The notes: a model not told the origin generated them from the sequence alone. A stretch of DNA of 64,000 nucleotides from Candidatus Peregrinibacteria bacterium HGW-Peregrinibacteria-1 (GCA_002839505.1 PGYE01000001.1:371332-435331), one strand, 5' to 3'; counted from the first letter of the stretch, positions 8,951 to 19,555 are shown. Numbers and translations are program-made.

Positions 8951-11656
8951 ATGTCAGTCAAAGATAAAACCCAGACTAAAGCACCTACTAATACCGTCTC
9001 CGAAGAAAGACCGGATACCGAAACAACCGCTATTTCTACGCCTGTACCACCGGGTCATGAGACCATCGATACCACCCTCAAGGAGACATCTTCAAAAGCC
9101 CAAAAAGCCCTGCGTGAAAGGCCGGACATTGATTCTCTTCCCGCATTATCCGCCGATCCCAATTCTAATCGAGTAATTATCGAAGAAATCCTTGCAGTCA
9201 TGGAATTTCCATTGCTCCAAGGCGCCAGTCTCGAAGCTGCACTTCGACCAATCGTCGATGGCACCATGCAAAAAAAAGTGACCTCCGACAAATTAAAAGA
9301 ATTATTTCACAACAAAGAGCTCCTCAAATGGATCGTTGAAGGACTGATAACTTCCATCTTTTCCAACGGATCCAGCCAGAAGAACCCTATCAGAAAGGAT
9401 AGCAAAATAGACATCGTGCTTGAAGACAAACTCAACACATTTTCCGTTAAATACGACCCCGAGCAAGAGCACACCTTTTCCAATTTTTTCAATGAAATAA
9501 AGGAAAAATACGGTTCGGAATATGACTTGAAGACCTGGCTTCTTGCCAAGTCCGATACCTTGGTCCAATTCGTCAATCAAAGAATTGATGAAGTTATGGA
9601 TCGCATTTACACAGACAAAGGTCGTACAAACCTCAGACTGTATATCAGCGCCTATCTTGACCGTTTTATCCATGAAGAAAAACACAACGGACAACAAAAC
9701 ATTGTTATCGACCTCCATGAATTGACCACCCAATACATGAAAATGGTCACCAAATTACAAGGAGGCCAGATCACTCCGGCCCATATTAGCAACAAGCTTA
9801 GAGAAGTCTGCAAAGAATACCTCGACGCCAAACAATCTGAAGGAAAACATCTCTTTATCATCAACGGAAAGCAGAAGAAAGAACAAATCTATTTTAAAGA
9901 AGTTGAAGATAAAATCAGCCGTCAAATCGACCATATCTATCCTCAATATACCATCCTCGAAAACCCCAAAATTATCCCCGAACCAATCCGCCGATATCAC
10001 AACTTTTGGCAGGACGACGAAAATTACCTCAACTATTTGACCACCAATATTCCTGGATTTGACATAGAATTTGATCCATCCAACGAAATCGAAATGGATG
10101 AAGAAGAAGTCTTTCAAGAAAAAATCGCAGCTCTGGACGAGCAGCTAAGAGAAACTATTTTCAAAGAAATAAATAACTATCTTGAAAAACAAATTGAATT
10201 AACCGGACTCAATGCCAGGCAACGCGAAATCTTCATGGGATCCTTGACTGTAGAAGCCTGCGATAACCTTCGTGAGTTACACAGCATCGCCGTAAAGAGC
10301 GGAGAGCTTGCAGAAAGATTCGCCGCTCGCCGTAAAATAGAGCTGTTTAACAATATAGTTTCCATTCAGACACCATTTATTAAAAACGCCCGTTCATACG
10401 CCGACAAAATACAAGACAAATTACAAAATCTCAGCACAACCGTCGCCTTGGATTTTACTCGCACCAAAGGATTACCAGCGGGTACAACTGAAGATCAAAT
10501 CTCAAGTTATGATCTCGAGGACTATGTTCCTGAAAACACTAAGGACCAACAAAGATTCATGGAAACATGGAAGAAATCAGAGGAAATTTCAAATTTTACG
10601 CTGGAAAATTACCCATTTGACAAAGACGCCCAATTCTTACAGATGCAAAACGAATTAAAAGTAAAAATCGAGGAAGCCATCAAAGCACTTCGAAGAAACA
10701 GCTTAATACGGGATGAACATAATATTCCCGTCAACTATACAGACTTAAAGAGAATAATTAATGACACAACTTCAACTACCTCAGCTATTTTGATAGCTTC
10801 TCTGAAATTGGCTATCTTAGAGCAAGTCTTCATAAGACGAAAACAACTAAAGATCAAAGAGCTTGAGAAAGAAATAGCAAGTATTATCCAAGGAAAACCA
10901 AGCACATCCAAAGACAGAAGCCCCGATGGCAATCAAATATACCAAACAGAAGATTTTCAAGTCATTGATCACTTTAGTGAGGATGGGCGATATCTTGATA
11001 CCGAAGTAATACTTCAGGGCGATGAAAACTATCAACCTGATTCTGATGTTGATTCTATTGTTACCGGCCGATTAGCGCACGCTGTATTTGGTGATTTCAA
11101 AGTCAAAGTTCTTCTGGTAGGTCCCGATAATAATGAAACATTAACCTTCGTTGATGATAAATCCCTTCAGTCAATCCTTAACAAGTGTATTGTAAAAGGC
11201 TTTTCACCCAATGACTTCCACGACATCTGCCGCATGACCGTCATTATTGATCGCGAAGATCGGCGTGGTATCCGTGAGCAAATGGCACAACAGTTTGGCC
11301 GCTACAATACTGTCAAAAGGGTTGATAACTTCGATGATTTTGACCCCTATACTGATGAAACCGACCTCTTACCACGCGGACACAAACCGAGTCCATCTTC
11401 CCCTGACTACCGCGACTTCTTAACCTATGTATTCAAAATATCTGTTGAAGAAGGGGATCAAGTAGAGTTAGAAATAAGATTCGCCACCGCCAATATACTG
11501 AGAGAACGCAGCCCAAACTCCAACTCCAGCCATGACAAAATGAAAAAACGAGCTGCCTTAAAAGCCATGGCAAAACTTGCTCCCCACGAAATATTCCCTC
11601 AACTCTGGAGTGAAGCCGACAACACCGGAAAGCGCAAATTCATCATCGAAGAATAA
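8951..11656 (+). CDS. Large protein with a C-terminal RelA/SpoT-like nucleotidyltransferase domain
   Basis: 901 aa; ordered motifs KSLQSILNK, DFHDICRMTVII, SPDYRD, VELEIRF, SSHDKMK resemble the (p)ppGpp synthetase motifs. Confidence 0.6.
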   Translation: MSVKDKTQTKAPTNTVSEERPDTETTAISTPVPPGHETIDTTLKETSSKAQKALRERPDIDSLPALSADPNSNRVIIEEILAVMEFPLLQGASLEAALRPIVDGTMQKKVTSDKLKELFHNKELLKWIVEGLITSIFSNGSSQKNPIRKDSKIDIVLEDKLNTFSVKYDPEQEHTFSNFFNEIKEKYGSEYDLKTWLLAKSDTLVQFVNQRIDEVMDRIYTDKGRTNLRLYISAYLDRFIHEEKHNGQQNIVIDLHELTTQYMKMVTKLQGGQITPAHISNKLREVCKEYLDAKQSEGKHLFIINGKQKKEQIYFKEVEDKISRQIDHIYPQYTILENPKIIPEPIRRYHNFWQDDENYLNYLTTNIPGFDIEFDPSNEIEMDEEEVFQEKIAALDEQLRETIFKEINNYLEKQIELTGLNARQREIFMGSLTVEACDNLRELHSIAVKSGELAERFAARRKIELFNNIVSIQTPFIKNARSYADKIQDKLQNLSTTVALDFTRTKGLPAGTTEDQISSYDLEDYVPENTKDQQRFMETWKKSEEISNFTLENYPFDKDAQFLQMQNELKVKIEEAIKALRRNSLIRDEHNIPVNYTDLKRIINDTTSTTSAILIASLKLAILEQVFIRRKQLKIKELEKEIASIIQGKPSTSKDRSPDGNQIYQTEDFQVIDHFSEDGRYLDTEVILQGDENYQPDSDVDSIVTGRLAHAVFGDFKVKVLLVGPDNNETLTFVDDKSLQSILNKCIVKGFSPNDFHDICRMTVIIDREDRRGIREQMAQQFGRYNTVKRVDNFDDFDPYTDETDLLPRGHKPSPSSPDYRDFLTYVFKISVEEGDQVELEIRFATANILRERSPNSNSSHDKMKKRAALKAMAKLAPHEIFPQLWSEADNTGKRKFIIEE

Positions 11657-11685
11657 AAACTCCGCTCAACTCTTCCAACAGTTCA

Positions 11686-13455
11686 TCATTTGGCCTCCCT
11701 AACCTCCCACTTCACAAAATCCTCCAGCTTCATACTCTCCTGTTTTTTGGTTTCATAGCTCCGTACAGCCAAACTACGCTCATTTTTTTCCGTCTCACCC
11801 ACCACCAGCATATATGGAATTTTCATCATCTCAGCATTTCTGATTTTTTTCCCAAGAGTATCACCACTATCATCCAACTCGAACCTCCATCCGGCTTTCT
11901 TCAATTCCGCCGCAACCTCCTTCGCATAATCTACGAAGTTTTCGCTTACGGGCAGAATTCTCGCCTGCACAGGCGCTAACCACGCCGGAAAAGCACCCGC
12001 ATAATGCTCGATCAGAAACCCGACCAACCTCTCATGCGTACTCAACGGGGCCCGATGAATACAAATTGGCGTCTTTTCACTTCCGTCCACATCCGTATAA
12101 GTCAAATCAAACCTTTCTGGCACCGCAAAATCCAACTGATTCGTCGCCAAAGTAAATTCCCGCCCGATAGCCGACCAAATCTGCACATCTATCTTCGGGC
12201 CATAAAAGGCCGCCTCATCCTCAACTTCAACATAAGGCACCTTCAGCCGATCCAGTACATCCCTTACCATTCCCTCCGTCTTAACCCACAAATCCTCATT
12301 ATCAACATACTTTTTCCCCAACCCTTCTTTTGAATGTTTAGAAAGTCTCATCTGATATTTTTCAATCCCAAAAAGCTCAAAATAGTACAAATAAAGCTCG
12401 ATAACCTTTCCAAATTCTTCAGAAAACTGCTCCTCCGTACAATAGATATGCGCATCATTCATACAAAGCGATCTCACTCGCATCAAACCAAACAAACTAC
12501 CTGAATCCTCAAAACGATAACAAGTTCCATATTCAGCCAATCTCACTGGCAAATCTCGATAACTCTTTTTAATCGCACCATATATTTTATGATGATGCGG
12601 ACAATTCATCGCTTTCAAATAATATTTTGTATTATCCATCTCCATTGGCGGATACATACTGTCTTCATAGTAGGGGAGATGCCCTGATCTCAAATATAGG
12701 TCCTCCTTAGCAATATGCGGAGAACGCACTCTTTCATAACCATATTCCGATTCTTTTCTTTTTGCCAAATCCTCCAACATCTCTACCATCACCGATCCCT
12801 TTGGTAGCCACAGCGGTAAACCGGGCCCCACCTCTTCATCAAAAGCAAAAAGCTCCAACTGCTTCCCAAGCTTTCTGTGATCTCGTTTTTCCGCTTCTGC
12901 AAGCTGTTTTAAGTATTCATCCATTTCCTCTCTCGTGTGCCAAGCAGTACCATAAATACGCTGCAACATCGGATTTTTTTCATCCCCCTTCCAATATGCT
13001 CCCGCAATCTTCAAAAGTTTAAACGCTCCAATCTGCCCGGTATGCTCTGTATGACCACCGCGACACAAATCCACAAACATCGTCTTCTCATCGCGAGGCA
13101 TCACATTCTTATAAAAAGTCAGAGTCTGCCCCTCCTTCGTAAATTCCTCAGCCAACTGCACCTTATACGGCTGATCTGCCTCTTTCAAAAAGTGTATAGC
13201 ATCCTCACCTTTCACCTCTTCACCCACAAACTTCTGCGACTGCTTCACAATCTGCTTCATCTTCTTCTCTAAAATCGGCAAATCCTCAGGAATCAAAGTC
13301 CTCGGCAGCTCAAAATCATAATAAAAACCATTCTCAATCGTCGGCCCGATACCCAATTTAGCCTCCGGAAACATATCCATCACCGCTTGCGCCAAAACAT
13401 GCGCACAAGAATGTCGCACCGCCTCAATATCCATCTTTTCTGAAACCTTGGACAT
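11686..13455 (-). CDS. thrS: Threonine--tRNA ligase (short form without the N-terminal TGS domain)
   Basis: RHSCAHVLAQAV, DLCRGGH, GAYWKGDEKNPMLQRIYG, RDHRKLG, MNCPHH, AAFYGPKID. Confidence 0.97.
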   Translation of the reverse strand: MSKVSEKMDIEAVRHSCAHVLAQAVMDMFPEAKLGIGPTIENGFYYDFELPRTLIPEDLPILEKKMKQIVKQSQKFVGEEVKGEDAIHFLKEADQPYKVQLAEEFTKEGQTLTFYKNVMPRDEKTMFVDLCRGGHTEHTGQIGAFKLLKIAGAYWKGDEKNPMLQRIYGTAWHTREEMDEYLKQLAEAEKRDHRKLGKQLELFAFDEEVGPGLPLWLPKGSVMVEMLEDLAKRKESEYGYERVRSPHIAKEDLYLRSGHLPYYEDSMYPPMEMDNTKYYLKAMNCPHHHKIYGAIKKSYRDLPVRLAEYGTCYRFEDSGSLFGLMRVRSLCMNDAHIYCTEEQFSEEFGKVIELYLYYFELFGIEKYQMRLSKHSKEGLGKKYVDNEDLWVKTEGMVRDVLDRLKVPYVEVEDEAAFYGPKIDVQIWSAIGREFTLATNQLDFAVPERFDLTYTDVDGSEKTPICIHRAPLSTHERLVGFLIEHYAGAFPAWLAPVQARILPVSENFVDYAKEVAAELKKAGWRFELDDSGDTLGKKIRNAEMMKIPYMLVVGETEKNERSLAVRSYETKKQESMKLEDFVKWEVREAK

Positions 13456-13541
13456 AAGAATTTTTAAATTACAAAATAGCGGACTGATAATAGCAAACCT
13501 TTATTTAACACACAAAATTAAAAATAATTCCATCACCACAA

Positions 13542-13570
13542 TTGCATTTTCCCCACGCTACAACTAAAAT
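13542..13570 (+). promoter_or_regulatory. sigma70-type promoter for recF
   Basis: TTGCAT-N17-TAAAAT. Confidence 0.45.
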
Positions 13571-13596
13571 CACCGCACCACATAACACCAAAACGA

Positions 13597-14721
13597 GTGT
13601 CTTATCGCCTTCAAAACATCAAACTACAACAGTTTCGCTCCTACCAAGAGCTGGACTTTGACTTCACCAATCAAATTACTGTAATTACCGGTGCGAATGG
13701 ACACGGAAAAACCAACCTCCTCGAAGCCATTTACACATTATCACTCGGTCAATCCTTCCGCACCAATGACTATACCAATCTCGTCAATTGGGATTCTGAC
13801 TACTCAAGAATTACCGCCAAGATTAATCAAGCCGGCATCGACACCATCGAATCATTTTTCTCTCGTCACCCCAAACGCAAAAACTACAAAATCGATGGCG
13901 TAAATCAAAAGCAAAGTCAATTCATCGGTCATCTCCAGACCGTTCTCTTCCATCCGGAAGATCTCAACATGCTTTATTTAAGCCCTCTCTATCGTCGACG
14001 ATACCTTGATATCATCCTTTCTCAGACCGACCGTGAGTACCTGATCGCTCTCACCAACTACCGCAAAGTCATCAAGCATAAGAACGCCCTTCTCAAACAA
14101 ATCCAAAAAAAAGCCCTCGAATTTGGCCCCGACATCAAGGATACCGACCTCGAAATTTGGAATTTCCAACTCGTGGACTTTGCCTCGACCATCATCAAAT
14201 CTCGCCACGACTTCCTAAAGCGTCTCAACACCGATATCACCGGAATATACCAAGGAATCTCTGACCATCACGAAGAAATAGCCATTTCATACAAAAATAA
14301 GGCAACCGCCAATCAGCCAAGCACCGACAACCTCAATGATCAGCTGCACAGACTGCTCGAAGAATACAAATCACGAGAAATACTTAGCGGCAAGTCATTA
14401 ATTGGCCCTCACCGCGATGACATTATCTTCACCATGGATCACCATAACATCAATGATAGTGCCTCTCGCGGAGAATTTCGCACACTCTTATTGGCTATCA
14501 AACTCGCTGAAATAGATTACATAACTGAAAAAACCGGCAGATCACCCTTATTACTCCTAGATGATGTCTTCTCCGAGTTAGACATCCATCGCCAAAACCA
14601 CCTATTAAATGCAGTTAAAGGCTCTCAAGCCATAATCACAACAACAGCAGTCAACCCTGACCACCAAATATTGAATGCATCAGACAGCCTTGGTGTTGTA
14701 CAAATAGACGATTTGTGTTAA
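13597..14721 (+). CDS. recF: DNA replication/repair protein RecF
   Basis: FRSY, Walker A GANGHGKTNLLEAI, GPHRDD, ASRGEFR, PLLLLDDVFSELD; GTG start. Confidence 0.95.
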   Translation: MSYRLQNIKLQQFRSYQELDFDFTNQITVITGANGHGKTNLLEAIYTLSLGQSFRTNDYTNLVNWDSDYSRITAKINQAGIDTIESFFSRHPKRKNYKIDGVNQKQSQFIGHLQTVLFHPEDLNMLYLSPLYRRRYLDIILSQTDREYLIALTNYRKVIKHKNALLKQIQKKALEFGPDIKDTDLEIWNFQLVDFASTIIKSRHDFLKRLNTDITGIYQGISDHHEEIAISYKNKATANQPSTDNLNDQLHRLLEEYKSREILSGKSLIGPHRDDIIFTMDHHNINDSASRGEFRTLLLAIKLAEIDYITEKTGRSPLLLLDDVFSELDIHRQNHLLNAVKGSQAIITTTAVNPDHQILNASDSLGVVQIDDLC

Positions 14722-14748
14722 AATACATTAATTGTATTAAAAACAAAA

Positions 14749-15597
14749 ATGTCTGCTGCATTACAAATAGGCGGTTCAATTGTACTGGCGACTTTCCCGG
14801 CATTCATCTGGGGTTACATCTTCTATATGAAAAGCCCCGAACGCCGACGCAACATCTGGATTACCTTCATTGTCGGCGGATTAGCGGTTTTCCCGATTCT
14901 AATATACAAGGCCCTCTGGCCCTTTATCCCAGCCTTAAACATCAACAACGCCGTATCTTCATACACCAATGACTTTATCGGGATCGGCAGTGTCGCACTA
15001 ATTCCCCTCAGTATCATCATCGTCTACATGTTTGTTGGAGTTATTGAAGAAGTAATGAAACTAGTCGCAGTCCGCTCCGTAGATGGCGGGCGGAACATCT
15101 TAGACATCGATGATGCCATTGAATTCTTTATCGTCGCCGCTTTAGGATTCTCCTTCGTCGAGAACATCCTTTATTTTTACAGCATCTGGATTACTCATGG
15201 AGCCGGTGAACTCATGCTCCCATTCTTTTTCCGGTCATCATTTTCCACGCTAGCCCACATAATTTTCTCCGGAATCCTTGGTTACTATTACGGCACCGCC
15301 TACTTTGCTCACGATATCCTGAAGAACGAAATATGCGACAAGCGTAGTAAAATCACCAAGTGCTTGCACAAGCTCATTACGCCGAAGAAGGCTCGCGTAT
15401 TTGCCCGAGAGCGTATGCAAGAAGGGCTTTTGATCGCTATCGGACTACACGCACTCTTCAATATCTTCCTCGAAATGGGCTGGAGTATATTGATTATTCC
15501 CTTCCTATTCACCGGATACACCACACTAAGCTATCTATTAGCAAAAAAGGAAAACCACATAAAATACGGAAAACTCATCCCTGCCGAGTCCTCCTAA
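14749..15597 (+). CDS. prsW: PrsW-family intramembrane metalloprotease
   Basis: Multi-TM; IEEVMK, GFSFVEN, LAH, LHALFN motifs. Confidence 0.85.
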   Translation: MSAALQIGGSIVLATFPAFIWGYIFYMKSPERRRNIWITFIVGGLAVFPILIYKALWPFIPALNINNAVSSYTNDFIGIGSVALIPLSIIIVYMFVGVIEEVMKLVAVRSVDGGRNILDIDDAIEFFIVAALGFSFVENILYFYSIWITHGAGELMLPFFFRSSFSTLAHIIFSGILGYYYGTAYFAHDILKNEICDKRSKITKCLHKLITPKKARVFARERMQEGLLIAIGLHALFNIFLEMGWSILIIPFLFTGYTTLSYLLAKKENHIKYGKLIPAESS

Positions 15598-15690
15598 AAA
15601 ACTCATAATTTCGACTTTTCACAGCACCTGATAAGTGATAGACTCCCCGTTTGTATCACACAGGTGTCTTTTAAATTTCCAATATATCCA

Positions 15691-18582
15691 ATGCACGAAA
15701 ATATCATTGTTACCGGAGCGAAACTACACAATCTCAAGAATATTAATGTTTCAATCCCAAAAAATAAATTTACAGTAATCACCGGACTTTCCGGATCAGG
15801 TAAATCAACACTAGCATTCGACACCATCTACGCTGAGGGCCAAAGGCGCTATGTCGAAAGCCTTTCCACCTATGCCCGCAACTTCCTCGACCTCATGGAC
15901 AAACCAGATGTCGAATCCATCGAAGGTCTTTCACCTGCCATATCAATTGATCAAAAAACCGCCCCTCGCAACCCTCGCTCTACCGTCGGAACAGTCACCG
16001 AAATATATGATTACCTCAGATTATTGTATGCCAAAATCGGCATCCCACACTGCCCAAACTGTGGACTCAAAATCGAAAGGCAAAGCCACCAACAAATAAT
16101 TGAAGAAGTCGCCTCAATAAAGGAGGGGACCCGTATTTTGATACTGGCCCCAATTATCAGAGATCGCAAAGGCCAACATCTCAAGGTATTCGAAAAAATT
16201 GAAAAAGAAGGATTTGTTCGCGTCCGTATTGACGGAGAAATTTATCCAATTACCGAACTACCCGAGCTTGAAGAAAAGAAAAAACACACAATTGAAGTGG
16301 TTATCGACCGTCTGGTGATCCAAAACCTTGATATAAAAACCGAAAAACTCTCATCCGGACAAGAAATTGAGGTTTCCAACCCCGATCGCACCCGACTTGC
16401 TGACTCCCTCGAAACTGCACTTAAGTTTGGTGAAGGCATATTGGTAATCCTCAACCACGATACCGGCAAAGAAACACTCTATTCAGAGCATTTTGCCTGC
16501 ATAAAGTGCAACATTAGCGTCCCCGAAATATCACCTCGTAATTTCTCATTTAACAGCCCCCACGGAGCTTGTAGCAACTGTCATGGACTTGGTACCAACC
16601 TCGAAATTGACCCCGACCTTGTAATGCCAAACAAAAGCCTTTCACTAAGTGAAGGAGCCATCATTCCTTGGTCCACAAACAATGCCAACATGTCTTGGTA
16701 CAACAAAATCATGGAAGAAGTAGCCAAAAAGCACAACTTCTCCGTCGACAAACCAATCAGTCGCCTTACAGAAGAGCAATTAAACATAATTCTCTATGGA
16801 ACTGGAGAAGAAAAGTACCATGTCTCAATCAACAAATATAGCGAGACCACCAAAAGCGTCTATTCAAACTCCTATGAAACAACATTCGAAGGCGTGATCC
16901 CAAATCTCATGCGTCGCCATTACGAAACTGACTCCGACTATGTCAGACGAAAAATAGAGGGCTATATGCGCATTCTAGAGTGTCCGGCCTGCGAAGGACG
17001 CCGCCTCAAACCCGAAATGTTATCCGTAAAAATTCAAGACAACTCCATTGTTGACACCACCGAATTATCCGTATCCAAGGCTCTTGATTTATTCACACAC
17101 CTCAACCTATCGGTCTCACATCAGAAAATTGCCGAACGAATCCTCAAAGAAATTAATGCCCGACTCGTATTTCTTCAAGATGTCGGCCTTTCTTACCTCA
17201 CTTTAAACCGCGCTGCCAACACCCTTTCCGGAGGCGAGGCTCAGCGAATCCGCCTTGCCACCCAGATCGGTTCCAAATTATCAGGCGTTATATATGTTTT
17301 GGACGAGCCAAGCATTGGGCTACACCAAGACGACAACCACAAACTAATCAAAACCCTGATATCCTTAAAAGAGCTTGGTAATACCGTCATAGTTGTCGAA
17401 CACGACATTGATACCATGCTTGCTGCTGACTATATCATAGACATCGGGCCAGGAGCGGGGAAACACGGTGGAAATATTATTGCCGCCGGTACCCCCCAAG
17501 AAGTAATGGACAACCCAAATTCCGTCACCGGAGGCTATCTTTCCGGAGTAAAATCCATATCTCCTCCTAAAAAGCGCCGCAAAGGCAATGGTAAAAAGAT
17601 TTCCGTCATTGGCGCTCAAGAGAATAATCTTCAAAATATTGATGTTGATATTCCCCTCGGACTCTTTATCGGCGTTACCGGAGTATCAGGTTCGGGAAAA
17701 TCTAGCTTAATAAACGAGATACTGGTCAAAGCCATATCCAAGTCCCTATACGGATCCAAGGATGTTCCAGGAAAACACACTGAAATTAAAGGACTACACC
17801 ACATCGACAAGATAATTAATATTGACCAATCTCCGATTGGAAGAACGCCAAGGTCCAATCCCGCGACCTATACTGGTGTTTTTACCGACATCAGAAACTT
17901 ATTTGCCCAAACTTCCGAAGCGAAACTGCGCGGCTATAAAACAGGGCGTTTCAGCTTCAATGTCAAAGGTGGAAGATGTGAGGAATGTCGCGGTGATGGT
18001 ATTAAAAAGATTGAAATGCATTTTTTGCCGGATATTCATGTCCCATGTGAAGTTTGTAAAGGAAAACGCTATAACAACGAAGCCCTCGAGGTAAAATACC
18101 GTGGAAAAAACATCTACGAAGTGCTGGATATGACCGTAGAAGAAGCATTAGTATTTTTTAATGCCATACCATCGATCAAAACTAAGCTCGGTACGCTTGT
18201 GCAGGTCGGTCTTGGCTACATCCACTTGGGCCAAGCTGCCACAACACTTTCCGGAGGAGAAGCCCAGCGTGTAAAACTCGCAACAGAGCTTTCCAAGCGT
18301 TCTACCGGGAAAACGATATATATACTCGACGAGCCCACAACCGGACTTCACTTCGATGATGTCAAAAAATTATTAGAGGTTCTACACAACCTCGTCGACA
18401 AGGGAAACACAGTTCTCACTATTGAGCATAATTTGGACGTTATAAAGACCGTAGATTATATAATTGATATTGGGCCCCATGGGGGAGACAAAGGCGGTAA
18501 AATCGTCGCTATAGGGACACCTGAAGAAATAAGTGCAACTAAAGGCTCAATTACAGGAAAGTGGTTAAAGAAAATCATTTAA
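15691..18582 (+). CDS. uvrA: Excinuclease ABC subunit A
   Basis: [29 protein letters not shown], two LSGGEAQR signatures, CxxC zinc fingers; ATG 15691 preferred over GTG 15664. Confidence 0.98.
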   Translation: MHENIIVTGAKLHNLKNINVSIPKNKFTVITGLSGSGKSTLAFDTIYAEGQRRYVESLSTYARNFLDLMDKPDVESIEGLSPAISIDQKTAPRNPRSTVGTVTEIYDYLRLLYAKIGIPHCPNCGLKIERQSHQQIIEEVASIKEGTRILILAPIIRDRKGQHLKVFEKIEKEGFVRVRIDGEIYPITELPELEEKKKHTIEVVIDRLVIQNLDIKTEKLSSGQEIEVSNPDRTRLADSLETALKFGEGILVILNHDTGKETLYSEHFACIKCNISVPEISPRNFSFNSPHGACSNCHGLGTNLEIDPDLVMPNKSLSLSEGAIIPWSTNNANMSWYNKIMEEVAKKHNFSVDKPISRLTEEQLNIILYGTGEEKYHVSINKYSETTKSVYSNSYETTFEGVIPNLMRRHYETDSDYVRRKIEGYMRILECPACEGRRLKPEMLSVKIQDNSIVDTTELSVSKALDLFTHLNLSVSHQKIAERILKEINARLVFLQDVGLSYLTLNRAANTLSGGEAQRIRLATQIGSKLSGVIYVLDEPSIGLHQDDNHKLIKTLISLKELGNTVIVVEHDIDTMLAADYIIDIGPGAGKHGGNIIAAGTPQEVMDNPNSVTGGYLSGVKSISPPKKRRKGNGKKISVIGAQENNLQNIDVDIPLGLFIGVTGVSGSGKSSLINEILVKAISKSLYGSKDVPGKHTEIKGLHHIDKIINIDQSPIGRTPRSNPATYTGVFTDIRNLFAQTSEAKLRGYKTGRFSFNVKGGRCEECRGDGIKKIEMHFLPDIHVPCEVCKGKRYNNEALEVKYRGKNIYEVLDMTVEEALVFFNAIPSIKTKLGTLVQVGLGYIHLGQAATTLSGGEAQRVKLATELSKRSTGKTIYILDEPTTGLHFDDVKKLLEVLHNLVDKGNTVLTIEHNLDVIKTVDYIIDIGPHGGDKGGKIVAIGTPEEISATKGSITGKWLKKII

Positions 18583-18690
18583 CCAGGTACACCTCAAATC
18601 ACATAGATGACAATATTTTTAACTAAAATATCATTTTAGTTATTCCTTTTTAATGTAGATGTCACCATGCCTTCAAAGCTAAAAATAATT

Positions 18691-18845
18691 TAATAAAGTT
18701 TAATTAAGTTTAATAAAATTTAATTAAATATACTCAAAGTTTTTCATGTCAGCTGTGTTGTTTGGGCTTAACTCTGCTTAATAACATCATTTCAACTCCT
18801 TTCAAGTGCCCTCAGATTGTTTTAAGTTTAATAAAGTTTAAAAAA
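18691..18845 (+). repeat. Phased 10-bp direct repeats (consensus TAATWAARTT)
   Basis: taataaagtt taattaagtt taataaaatt taattaaata at 18691-18730, and ttaagtt taataaagtt taaaaaa at ~18822-18845. Confidence 0.7.
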
Positions 18846-19051
18846 CTCTTGTAATTAAAAAAGAATAATGTTAAATTCACTTCTGTTAGGAAAAGATACT
18901 TAAAAACAAGGAGGATATTGAATATTTAGCTTCAAAGTGGTAAAATATGTTAAGTGCTTTTTATTTTAATAAAAAAGGACTAACATCAACTAAAGCAGTT
19001 TAAACAAGCTCAATTGTGTTTAAACTTCAAGAAAAGCCATTTACAACCAAA

Positions 19052-19342
19052 ATGCAAGAAAAATTTCTTACCACTGAACAAGTAGCAAATATTCTCCAGG
19101 TACACCCATTCACAATACTGAAGTTCATAAAACAAGGTAAGTTGAAGGGGATAAAGCTTGGTCGTGTATACCGCATTAAAGAAAGTGATGTTGAGTTATT
19201 TATTGAGGAGAGAACAACAGGAGTTAAAGTTTCCAAAAAAGAAGCAAATAAACCCGAGAGTTCCCCCCCCAGTAATTCACTCCCCGAACACTCAATTCCT
19301 CGTAAAGCGGACGGCGATACCGACCATTACTACATCATTTAA
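19052..19342 (+). CDS. Excisionase/BldC-like helix-turn-helix (HTH_17) DNA-binding protein
   Basis: MQEKFLTTEQVANILQVHPFTILKFIKQGKLKGIKLGRVYRIKESDVELFI is a MerR-like wHTH of the Xis family, followed by a disordered tail. Confidence 0.88.
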   Translation: MQEKFLTTEQVANILQVHPFTILKFIKQGKLKGIKLGRVYRIKESDVELFIEERTTGVKVSKKEANKPESSPPSNSLPEHSIPRKADGDTDHYYII

Positions 19343-19363
19343 AGCCCTAAAATAAACATCGCC

Positions 19364-19555
19364 ATGGTAATAAATTGTCTCTCATGCGGCAAAACAGTCT
19401 CCAGCAACCTGCACAATTGTCCATACTGCCACTGTCAGGTTACGGATATTACGCTTCAAATGAACGGCAGATTGCCAGAAGACAGCTTAAAAAGAAGAAT
19501 CAAGGAAATAGTTATCGCATTTAGAGCCGGAAGACAGAAGACACTTACGAGATAG
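19364..19555 (+). CDS. Small zinc-ribbon protein
   Basis: 63 aa, CLSC-x10-CPYC; 21 nt after the HTH gene. Confidence 0.6.
   Translation: MVINCLSCGKTVSSNLHNCPYCHCQVTDITLQMNGRLPEDSLKRRIKEIVIAFRAGRQKTLTR

Noticed and set aside
13456-13596. T-box leader upstream of thrS
   Set aside because: The gap is only ~140 bp, is shared with the recF promoter, and has no GGTGGNACCGCG T-box motif or terminator
18583-19051. oriC in the long AT-rich gap, given recF nearby
   Set aside because: No TTATCCACA-type DnaA box cluster seen, no dnaA/dnaN, and the C-rich + strand bias does not flip here
19052-19555. Prophage or ICE marked by an excisionase-like gene
   Set aside because: No integrase, att-like repeats, tRNA target or phage genes nearby
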